DNA of 15,519 nucleotides. Source: Candidatus Thorarchaeota archaeon SMTZ1-45 (GTDB taxonomy: Archaea; Asgardarchaeota; Thorarchaeia; Thorarchaeales; Thorarchaeaceae). The first letter of the stretch is position 1. Each line of letters begins with the position of its first letter. The notes beneath the pieces are model-generated. The model was not told the origin of the DNA. It ran no database searches and saw only the letters and a program-made list of their open reading frames with translations. A program made the position numbers and the translations under genes. Positions 7,901-15,083 of the stretch are shown here, one piece after another. The stretch spans positions 1-15,519 of the forward strand of contig LRSL01000080.1 in assembly GCA_001563335.1 (NCBI GenBank). The letters run 5' to 3'.

Positions 7901-10900
7901 GACGCTTGAATTCGGAATTCCCCTAACATCAACCCAAATTGTGTATTCATAATGAGCAATGAAGTCACCATCAATTATGATATCAAGAGGATATGACGCT
8001 GGATAGAGATCTGGCAAAAATTCCCAACTCAGCTCATACCAATCAGATGTCCCTGACTTAGAGTAGGTCCCTGCAAAAATCAGTGTATAATCAAAGTCCG
8101 ACAGTGGATTTCCATATATGTCAATAACTGCAAAATACAGAGTCACAGTCTGATGGTTCCACACAAGTTCTGGTATTTCCACATCGACCGCCGCTTGACC
8201 GTTTACAGTCAATATTGTATGCAAATCAGCCTCAATCAAATATGGATGGTCTGCATACACAATCACTGAATAATTGCTTGGAGAATATCCATCTGTGTCC
8301 AGCGTCACGGAATAGGTTCCATCCCAGTTGTCAATGAAGGCGAGGCTACTTGGACTTAGCATTGTAACAGTTGCACCAGAAACTGGATTTCCATTCCAAT
8401 CTGAAAGCGTGAGTGTAAGAGATGTAGAGTCCCCTTGATTTAGAACCCATCCAAGGGGGGAGTCAAGAACCATGTTGGCCATTGAATATACATAGAGGTC
8501 ATGATAATCTAATCTCGAGTTACCAAAATCAGAACCTACATAGACAATGAAGTTCTGATGTCCAATAGCTAATGCTGCATTCAATTCAATGCGAAATTCA
8601 GCACCTGAAACATATAGAGCAGTGAAATTATTTCCATCAATTTCCACAATTGCCCAAGCGCCATCAGGGAATGCACCGTATGAATCATAGATGAATATTG
8701 AAACTGTGAAGTTTGCACCACCAGTGACGGAAGATGCATAGTTGACTACAGGGTAGAGGTCTCCTGTGACAACCATATAGAATTCGCCAAAGTTCCTTCC
8801 TTCAACATAAGGATGCTCCACAGTGATTTTAGCTGTGTAATTGCCAACTGGTAATGCAGCTGTGGTATTTAGCTGATACTTTCCTGGTTGAATCTCACTA
8901 AGTACAAATTCACTTCCATCAAAACCAATTCTTACATCAGCGCCATTGATGGAATTACCGTATGCATCAGTAATGTTAAGCCATATTTCGAAATACTGGT
9001 CTTGATTCACTTGACTTGGGGAGCTTCTAACAATGTTTAAAGTGTCTGTGAAGATTGAAACAGAGCTTGCTTGAGTCTTGACACCTGTTGCGTAGCTATG
9101 ATTAGCAGTAACAAGTAGTCCATAACTCCCAGGAGATTTTGTTACGCTTGGTATCATTACATAATAGAATTGCCCAATTTGTGTCGCTATATAATCCGTG
9201 CCATCAAATGTTAGTGTTACATCAGCATTTGCGACTTTACCACCAAGACTGTCAGCAACAGTAATGTTGACTTCGAGATTATTGCCTTGCAGCAAATTGG
9301 GCTCCCGTATCATTGAAATGGTCAAAGGTGACTCCACCCTCAATGCATCTGCTTGGAACTGCCTAAATGGATCATAGTAATCGTGATTTACATTGAGTGT
9401 CATGTTCACAATACCAATTGGCCAATTTGGAGCAATGGAGGTTGTATAGAGTTGCAACATCTCGTCGTAGACTAGACCTAGTGTTTGCTGGGTTGTGCCC
9501 CCTCCAAATTTATATTCAACTATCAAAGAAACCAAAGAATCATAGACTGGTTCATTGTATGCATTTAGAACTGTGGCATTAGCCCAGATGTTAATACCCT
9601 GAAGAGTTGTACTTGATTCTAAGGAAAAGGTGGTATTCATTATGTATAGGAGATCAATATTTCGGATGGTTGCTAAACTATATCGTGCACGTAGCACAGG
9701 GAATGCAGCTATGTCTTCACCAATCCCCACATCAACACTATTCACTTTAACCATATTGAATATCATTCCAATTTTAGCCTGATAGTCAACAATGCCTTGG
9801 AAACTAATAGCTGTAAGTATGTCGTCAGAAGTTGCAATTATAAACTCCTCTGCACCATCTCCATCATAATCCAATGTGGTTGCACTGGTTGGGAACGCTT
9901 CGCTTACAAACACAGTCCATTGCCTAGGTATTGCTACTCCTAGTTCGCATAGTGAAATGTTACCTGATTCCTCAAAGACAAACAGTTCGTCAATCTGGTC
10001 TGAGTCTATATCCTGGGGGAATATTCCCTTGATGTGATCCCCAAGCAGCTCTGTATATGGCGCATCTCCTACCTGCAGAGTCTGATAATCAATTAAACAA
10101 AAGTAAACTGTCGGAGTATCTCCTGACCAACCACTATATGCAGCCAGAAATTGTTCATTTGTGTGTGTGGAATTTAGATATTGGACAATACCAAGAGGCA
10201 TGTCTTCCGGTGTTGAACCCGGTGAAGAGTAATTTAGAGCTTTTAGCAATGTCAGATTGTAGGCTTGATAAATTTCTACTCTGCGGTTCTCTCTTAGAAT
10301 TGCTATCTGAGGTCTTGCTCCTGTAATAGTGGCATGAGCCATCCCTACAATCTCACTATTAACAGGCAGTGTATAATTAATAATGCTAGAGAAATCATGC
10401 TCAATCCTTCTGATTCTTATGGAAGAATAATTGCTCTCAATATAGTGAATTTCATCAAATCCATCTTGATCGTCATCGAAAACATTGATTGGTCTTTCTT
10501 CAAGAATTGGTATATCATTGAATGTTACGTTCTTCCAAGATGTCAGACCATTTCCATGAACCACATAGAACATTGTGTGAGTCGAGTTGTATCTTGTAAT
10601 CACTGGATCTAAAATTGAGTCGCCATCATGCATTCCTGAATATACTTCAAAGCTATCATAGGAGGTTGTTTTTCCAACCGTGAAGTTTGAGATAGAAGTT
10701 CCATTAGGTGCAAAAGTTCTGAGTGTTGCTATTCTTGAGGTGGTCCCCATTGTGATGATGTGAATCAGCTCATCACCAGCACTATTGTTTCCGACTGCTA
10801 ATACATGACCCATCGCATGGTCGATTGTTGCATTGAAATAAAATCCCTTGGCAAAATGGTCTTCAACACTAAGCGTTTCTGGATTAGTTTCATTTCCATA

Positions 10901-12496
10901 GGAAAACGAGTTAAGATATGCATCATCGACTTTGATATAATAGAGATATTCTCCTGCCTGCAAGTCGGTTGAAATGAAGATGAATTTATCATTTGGAGCT
11001 CTTATCATTTCATTTGGCATGAATGGTAGCATCATCCCTCCAGTTGTAGGTTTGATGTAAATTGTAGCACGTTCAACATGTATATTGTCAGTTGCTGTAA
11101 GCTCAATCTTCATGTAACTGTCATAGATTGTTGGGTGTGTTGGATACAACGGGTCTAAGAAAACGCTGGGGGTTTCAGTATCACTCAATAAGATTGAAAC
11201 ACTCTCCGTTAAAGTGATGATGTCCTCACGACCATCTTCATTGATATCAAAGGAAATTACTTGTTCGAATGGTCCTGGAAGTCGGTTTTCTTCGTATCCA
11301 ATTACTCCAGTGCTTCCTCTTATTATTGTCAATTGCCCTCGTGGACCTTCAACAGCCAAATCGCTATAGGAGTCAGAATCCAACCTTCCTATTGCAAATC
11401 CACTAGGCCAGTAGCTTGAAACCTCTTCCTGTGAATGTCTGATGAGTGTTCCAGTGCTGCCCTCAAAGAACCATGCGGTATACCACATCCCCCCAACAAG
11501 TACTAAATCATCTATTGAATCACCATTGAAAGATCCTGTTTTAACATAGAGTTCTCCAAAATAATCAGGTATCTTTTTGACAAAGCTAGCGGACAGATTG
11601 TTGCCATAAATTCCTACAAGTTCACTATTCCCCATATCTTGGTTCATCAGTGTTATAGCTAGATCATCAGACTGACTACGTTTAGTGTGAAGTATCATGT
11701 CATTGGCATATGACATGCTTGGATATTCAGTCCATCTTATTAATGATCCATCTCCAGCTATGATTTCAATTTTGACTCTTTGTGATCCCCAATTGGTACT
11801 GAGAATTGCAATCTCATTCTGTGATGATATTGAGAAATTCCCAGCAACAGCACATTTTATCTCTGTAGTAGGGTTGTATGGAGGTCCAATTTGACTTCCA
11901 TCACTAAGGTCAATCCTTATGACAGAATCCATGTTATAGATGGCGGCATCAGTCCGAGAATCCGCAGTGAAGTTTCCAAAGATAATCTCGAATGGCCAAG
12001 GTACAGGACAGTCATAGTTTGTAACTAAACTAGCATCGAAATCAGCAATGACTAGTTGCTCACCCAATGTTAGATTTCTCATAATAAATAGGAATTCAGT
12101 ATACCCGTCATTGTCTATATCGAATCCAGTAAGAGTCTCATGAAAAATTTCGCCCGGTCCGATTGGAAGTGAGTCATTCAATTGGTTGACAGGATCCTTG
12201 AAACGTATTGTTTCCCCATGGACATAGGCGAATCCAGATCCTATTGGGATTACACCTGGAGCAATTGATTCCACCTTATATGGTAACTTGACCCTGATGA
12301 AGTTGGAAGCTGTAGAAAAGCCAGTTTCAAGAGGAATGACATCTCCAATTTCTATGGGCTGCACCAAACCCATGTCTGAGGTTGGAGTTAATAGAAAGAG
12401 TATCGTGACCAAGACTACACCCCATTTTAGTAGGTCGGAGTGTCTTCCAGAATGTGTTCTCACAATTGGTCTGAATTTTGATGTGGATGATATCAA
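4988..12496 (-). CDS. Giant cell-surface glycoprotein: signal/anchor, FG-GAP beta-propeller regions, 12 Ig-like repeats, 7-TM domain and acidic cytoplasmic tail
   Basis: TTG start with GGTGA SD (12506-12510). N-terminal hydrophobic segment WGVVLVTILFLL. DxDxDG-type Ca-binding blades (DIDNDGYTE, FNGDSIDD, LDSDSYSD, DINEDGRED, HDGDSILD, DDDQDGFDE, DIDSDQIDE, DYDGDGAEE). Twelve ~96-aa repeats with D..GNP..G..V motifs, seven hydrophobic helices at about aa 2115-2375, and dozens of NxS/T sequons confined to the ectodomain. Confidence 0.92.
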   Translation of the reverse strand: MISSTSKFRPIVRTHSGRHSDLLKWGVVLVTILFLLTPTSDMGLVQPIEIGDVIPLETGFSTASNFIRVKLPYKVESIAPGVIPIGSGFAYVHGETIRFKDPVNQLNDSLPIGPGEIFHETLTGFDIDNDGYTEFLFIMRNLTLGEQLVIADFDASLVTNYDCPVPWPFEIIFGNFTADSRTDAAIYNMDSVIRIDLSDGSQIGPPYNPTTEIKCAVAGNFSISSQNEIAILSTNWGSQRVKIEIIAGDGSLIRWTEYPSMSYANDMILHTKRSQSDDLAITLMNQDMGNSELVGIYGNNLSASFVKKIPDYFGELYVKTGSFNGDSIDDLVLVGGMWYTAWFFEGSTGTLIRHSQEEVSSYWPSGFAIGRLDSDSYSDLAVEGPRGQLTIIRGSTGVIGYEENRLPGPFEQVISFDINEDGREDIITLTESVSILLSDTETPSVFLDPLYPTHPTIYDSYMKIELTATDNIHVERATIYIKPTTGGMMLPFMPNEMIRAPNDKFIFISTDLQAGEYLYYIKVDDAYLNSFSYGNETNPETLSVEDHFAKGFYFNATIDHAMGHVLAVGNNSAGDELIHIITMGTTSRIATLRTFAPNGTSISNFTVGKTTSYDSFEVYSGMHDGDSILDPVITRYNSTHTMFYVVHGNGLTSWKNVTFNDIPILEERPINVFDDDQDGFDEIHYIESNYSSIRIRRIEHDFSSIINYTLPVNSEIVGMAHATITGARPQIAILRENRRVEIYQAYNLTLLKALNYSSPGSTPEDMPLGIVQYLNSTHTNEQFLAAYSGWSGDTPTVYFCLIDYQTLQVGDAPYTELLGDHIKGIFPQDIDSDQIDELFVFEESGNISLCELGVAIPRQWTVFVSEAFPTSATTLDYDGDGAEEFIIATSDDILTAISFQGIVDYQAKIGMIFNMVKVNSVDVGIGEDIAAFPVLRARYSLATIRNIDLLYIMNTTFSLESSTTLQGINIWANATVLNAYNEPVYDSLVSLIVEYKFGGGTTQQTLGLVYDEMLQLYTTSIAPNWPIGIVNMTLNVNHDYYDPFRQFQADALRVESPLTISMIREPNLLQGNNLEVNITVADSLGGKVANADVTLTFDGTDYIATQIGQFYYVMIPSVTKSPGSYGLLVTANHSYATGVKTQASSVSIFTDTLNIVRSSPSQVNQDQYFEIWLNITDAYGNSINGADVRIGFDGSEFVLSEIQPGKYQLNTTAALPVGNYTAKITVEHPYVEGRNFGEFYMVVTGDLYPVVNYASSVTGGANFTVSIFIYDSYGAFPDGAWAIVEIDGNNFTALYVSGAEFRIELNAALAIGHQNFIVYVGSDFGNSRLDYHDLYVYSMANMVLDSPLGWVLNQGDSTSLTLTLSDWNGNPVSGATVTMLSPSSLAFIDNWDGTYSVTLDTDGYSPSNYSVIVYADHPYLIEADLHTILTVNGQAAVDVEIPELVWNHQTVTLYFAVIDIYGNPLSDFDYTLIFAGTYSKSGTSDWYELSWEFLPDLYPASYPLDIIIDGDFIAHYEYTIWVDVRGIPNSSVPSPLNNSIIAQGDQINFTVFVEDLASYDISGCQVSVTIHGSSYLLTESAPGIYTRNIPTAGFPLGQYIPLIRVTHTYLSSQEIQMVVSLEGYADVKLSYSPFPVQNKDDVTFNFTVTDQYGNPLSGFNYTLDFAGVYNQTGTALNYRFSWTVDPSFTPGKYFLNMTLNGTYLLHSTFSFSIDVQGVVSASILTPTDYSAFSQGTPIQFTVHVQDELFFNITGADVELDLLGSTFALTETSPGIYTVTISTTQLPLGEYTVKITASQGFMDTYTAYVHFSITGSAHITVQTNPNTVLNYENVTFDISVVDQWGNPIYVYDYIFDFGGVYTISGTSTSSLKSWRILPDLVPGSYVLNVTVSGVHFPVEKHLVNVSVWSDTITSVISPIDDTQYIQGTEDILFTLNLEDMIGNVMIGGSVSVLIHDSFYILNDFGNGTYSIVVSTDGWAAGIFNYTLMVAHSFLSQDATIRGSIEILAELRFNIEYSPEQPVKGELVNITIEITDKYGNPMSGLSVYVTFRNHTEVAIETSQKGTYFVSFIVTGVGFGEDSIIVSAEGVTCIAGVGSVPAYVIVPAPQLTLNMENFGVLALGSFLVSFIGLLLYFKIASGLSITRGSQEQLIRGLRRLDYLYLGVVGLAALTLVHSYASAGAADYNLAVLESVLLLGISLILYGIWLYRDATSTILQSQAVSRRRMVLGLWHLIFVPLVIIQIFDWGQHIEWLDFYVLQNVFHLGELTVPTIMLTIFAAYISSIVIVVVNLYREISKGLSRIKEMAVLGTPPIVVEQECVDLVEKLGSSIRTKFFMFLVVLAGTSVLTMDFLKSYSLGVIVLMPVVFLVVVPYVSSKMAKGITSVSRSRREKHDDDKTLVEIADEAVVTDTSFDVGSYFEPDADLESEITETPLIEEEFEIEEEVKESEESRRLSKKELIEQLPEKVKESIGKDELKKLSKDQLEALLELEEMGSKSSDDEES
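6170..9650 (-). repeat. Protein-level tandem array of 12 Ig-like (Big_1/invasin-like) domains
   Basis: Recurring (Q/N)G..(I/V).F.V.V.D..GN.(I/L).G..V motif counted 12 times (NAYNEP, DSLGGK, DAYGNS, DSYGAF, DWNGNP, DIYGNP, DLASYD, DQYGNP, DELFFN, DQWGNP, DMIGNV, DKYGNP). Boundaries approximate. Confidence 0.8.
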
Positions 12497-12700
12497 TTTT
12501 TACAATCACCTTTTGAATCTTCAACAATCATACTTTGGTGCAGCATGCATGAACTGGCCTAAATACGACCTTCCAATCATTGTACTATTCGCAGTATCTG
12601 TATTTAGGATTCTTAGCATGTAATAATTCAAAAAATCAGAAATTGCCTAAATTTTAGAGAAAATTATGGATTGGACTCTCTGCAGAAATTTATAGAAGTT

Positions 12701-12791
12701 GGTGGCAAGCGCCAATGGGGCAAATGGTAGGAGGGGGGGAGTTATGAGGGCATGTTACAGAAAATGTTGCCCCATTAGCCGCCTGTCCACC
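12701..12791 (-). ncRNA. Candidate ~91-nt structured small RNA or leader element
   Basis: GC-rich island in an AT-rich spacer. On the minus strand 5'-GGUGGACAGGCGGCUAAUGGGGCAA pairs with UUGCCCCAUUGGCGCUUGCCACC-3' (~23 bp, two single-nt bulges). Both + strand A/C mismatches become G-U pairs on the minus strand. TTATTA box at 12820-12815 lies 24 nt before the stem. Confidence 0.55.
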
Positions 12792-12902
12792 GTTCTTGCA
12801 TATGACGAGGTTCCTAATAAGCCTCACCCTCCCATGTTTTTTTAGAAAAAGACTGATTCCCCAAACAAAATGCTATTCAATAGGATTAATTAGATTCACC
12901 TC

Positions 12903-13349
12903 ATGTCAGATAGTCAAGAAGAACACAAGTATGATATGATTAGCAATTGGGTCAAAGACAAGATAGTCACGATTGAGATTGAAGGTAGGCATAATATTCA
13001 GGTTGCCACTCCCCCTGATTTTTGGTCTGAAAGTCCCAAAGACATATTATCCCCCGAGGAACTCTTCGTGGCTTCAGCTCTCTCATGCTATGGTGTTTCT
13101 TTGCATGGAGTGGCAAAACGTTTCCATGCAGAGTTCAAAGATTTTCATCTATCTGCATCTGGTACCCTAAAGCAAGGAGAATATGGGTGGGAGTTTGCTC
13201 AGATTACAATCAAAGCGAAGATTGTGGTTGAAACTAAAAAAGATCAAAAGAGAATGGTAAAAGCGGCTGAAAGAGCGCATCGTTATTGTCTTGTTGCAAA
13301 CTCAATGAAGTGTCCAATTCATCTAGACTATGAAGTGGTAATCGGTTGA
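12903..13349 (+). CDS. OsmC/Ohr family protein
   Basis: SPEELFVASALSCY and AERAHRYCLVANSM motifs with both family cysteines; 148 aa. Confidence 0.9.
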   Translation: MSDSQEEHKYDMISNWVKDKIVTIEIEGRHNIQVATPPDFWSESPKDILSPEELFVASALSCYGVSLHGVAKRFHAEFKDFHLSASGTLKQGEYGWEFAQITIKAKIVVETKKDQKRMVKAAERAHRYCLVANSMKCPIHLDYEVVIG

Positions 13350-13396
13350 TTTCACTCTACTCATGATGTACTCTTTGATTCAAAGAAACTTGCATT

Positions 13397-13777
13397 TCAA
13401 TCCGGCAGTTGTGGGAGAAGAATCTCAGCTGAGTATTCCTCTCCGCATTCACAGTTCAGGTTCACTGACCATTTCCTTGGTACAGGAACATTGAATTCTT
13501 TGATGTGATCTTTTAGACTATTACGAACTCCATCTATCAGCTTAACATATGCATCAGAAAGAGTAACAATCTCTGTTGGAAAATCGAGGTCTGAAAGGAA
13601 GTATCTGAATGTTTTCTCACACTTCGGACATGCAGTCAGTAGCAGGTGTGTGACATCACCACAGTTTCCACATTTGATTTGATCGCGTTCGATTTTTGGT
13701 GCCAATGGGACATCCAATTCTAGATCATTTGAGTGACCACATACATAACAATAGTATCTCAAAGGGAGTTTTGGCAT
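13397..13777 (-). CDS. Hypothetical double zinc-ribbon protein
   Basis: CYVC, CGNC, CPKC and CEC give 8 Cys in four pairs. GAGGAG SD upstream of the ATG. Confidence 0.8.
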   Translation of the reverse strand: MPKLPLRYYCYVCGHSNDLELDVPLAPKIERDQIKCGNCGDVTHLLLTACPKCEKTFRYFLSDLDFPTEIVTLSDAYVKLIDGVRNSLKDHIKEFNVPVPRKWSVNLNCECGEEYSAEILLPQLPD

Positions 13778-13898
13778 AGGCTTCTCCTCATCTCATCAAC
13801 GCACTGAGAATAACGCATATTTCGCTAAAAGTATAGTGTGTATATTGATAGCAGAGATGCTTTCTACTGGGTGTAAGAGATTAGTCACGCGTCTTTCA

Positions 13899-14129
13899 CT
13901 ATTCTGCAAGTAGTACTGACTTAGCGGTCAGGATTGACATGTTACCCAGAGTTTCAGCAACAATATGGACTCTTTTTCCAATTTCAAGTGTTTCGTACTT
14001 GGTATAGGCTGCCACTTTGATCTTGAGGTGCTCCTTTTCATCAGTTTCAACACTAATGAAACCATAATATTTCGATCCCATGTTTCCCAATTGTGCTGAG
14101 GTTATTGAACCAGTAAATATGTGTTCCAT
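13899..14129 (-). CDS. Small OB-fold-like protein (DUF5666-like pattern), paralog of 14215-14490
   Basis: Beta-rich pattern G.I.S...KIKV.AYT.YE.L..G..V.I.....IL.A; GAGG SD; aligns with the neighbouring ORF. Confidence 0.8.
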   Translation of the reverse strand: MEHIFTGSITSAQLGNMGSKYYGFISVETDEKEHLKIKVAAYTKYETLEIGKRVHIVAETLGNMSILTAKSVLLAE

Positions 14130-14214
14130 TATTTTTCCTCAAACGAGCTGCCATTCTGATTTCCGTATAATCTCATCTATTTGAGCAATCTCTCTTCTTA
14201 CACAGACCAAGTCT

Positions 14215-14490
14215 TTACGTAGTTGCAGTGGCTTCTTCTGGTGATGCGTCTGTGCTAGTTCTTAATTGGATTTTTCTTGCAACAAGGATGTCAGTGTTAG
14301 CCAAGACTTCAACCTCAATAACCACTTCGTTACCAAGACTCAAGCTCTCATACCAAGTATATGCATCAATCTTTATTTTGACATGTTTTTTGTCTGAAAG
14401 TTCAATCCCGATATATCCATAGACTATCTTCTTCTTGGAGAATTCACCCAGGCTGGATGATATTATTTTGCCCTGTATTGTTTCAATCAT
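14215..14490 (-). CDS. Small OB-fold-like protein (DUF5666-like pattern), paralog of 13899-14129
   Basis: About 31 of 76 positions identical to the downstream ORF by manual alignment; short Thr/Ala-rich tail. Confidence 0.82.
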   Translation of the reverse strand: MIETIQGKIISSSLGEFSKKKIVYGYIGIELSDKKHVKIKIDAYTWYESLSLGNEVVIEVEVLANTDILVARKIQLRTSTDASPEEATATT

Positions 14491-14491
14491 A

Positions 14492-14520
14492 TATTAACAA
14501 TAGTTAATAATATTTAAAAA
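14492..14520 (-). promoter_or_regulatory. TATA box plus operator-like palindrome upstream of a probably leaderless gene
   Basis: Minus-strand TTTTTAAATA (14520-14511) lies 21-30 nt upstream of the ATG at 14490, with a perfect TATTAAC-N4-GTTAATA (14492-14509) between them. Confidence 0.5.
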
Positions 14521-14540
14521 TTTATGGGTTTGAGATATTT

Positions 14541-15083
14541 CTATTCTTCGATCTTATGTAGGTCTTTTCTATACAATTCTGTGTTCGCAACATATGTGTC
14601 TAGATACTCATCAATTGCTCGCCTAGCGTCACTTGTTGGATCGAGGTCTCGCATGTATTTTGCAGGAACGCCTGTATAGATTTTATTTGGCTCAGTCTTG
14701 GTCTTATTGTAAAGAAGAGCTGAATTAGCAATCATAACTCCCTCAGCTACTTTACTTCCAAGCATCAGAACAGCACCCATCCCAATTGCAGCGTTATCTT
14801 CTACGCTTTCAGCATGGATTGTAGCATTGTGTCCAATGTTGACTCTGCGTCCAATTTTCGTTACGAAACTAGGCTCTGAGTGAATGACCGCTCCGTCTTG
14901 TACATTTGTTTCATCACCTATCTCGATTCTACCACGGTCGCCTCGAATAGACACCATGGGTGCAATAAACACTCGTTCTCCTATTCTTACATCTCCTATG
15001 ACCGCAGCTTGTGGATGAACATATGCTGTTGGTGCTATCTCTGGTTTCTTATCTCCAAGTGCGTAAATTGTCATGATATTCAC
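14541..15083 (-). CDS. Gamma-carbonic anhydrase family protein (YrdA/CaiE/PaaY/CamH-like left-handed beta-helix)
   Basis: Hexapeptide repeats, IRGD, NVQDGAVIH and IGHNATIH (three Zn-ligand His), GVPAK. Start is either the GTG at 15083 (GTGA overlap with the upstream stop) or the ATG at 15074. Confidence 0.93.
   Translation of the reverse strand: MNIMTIYALGDKKPEIAPTAYVHPQAAVIGDVRIGERVFIAPMVSIRGDRGRIEIGDETNVQDGAVIHSEPSFVTKIGRRVNIGHNATIHAESVEDNAAIGMGAVLMLGSKVAEGVMIANSALLYNKTKTEPNKIYTGVPAKYMRDLDPTSDARRAIDEYLDTYVANTELYRKDLHKIEE

Noticed and set aside
5082-12623. Short ORFs overlapping the giant gene (5082-5438, 5337-5546, 6114-6344, 6735-6944, 9397-9582, 10057-10326, 10334-10612, 10798-10992, 11697-11894, 12288-12623, 12327-12527)
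   Set aside because: Antisense or alternate-frame shadows of a well-supported CDS, with no recognisable motifs.
12701-12791. tRNA, SRP RNA, RNase P RNA or SECIS identity for the hairpin element
   Set aside because: Although the minus strand ends ...CCACCA, there is no T-loop or cloverleaf, no SRP or RNase P consensus, and no adjacent gene with a UGA to recode.
1779-14543. Genome-wide TAG reassignment
   Set aside because: The membrane-protein and gamma-CA genes end in TAG at plausible full lengths, and no long ORF here needs TAG readthrough.
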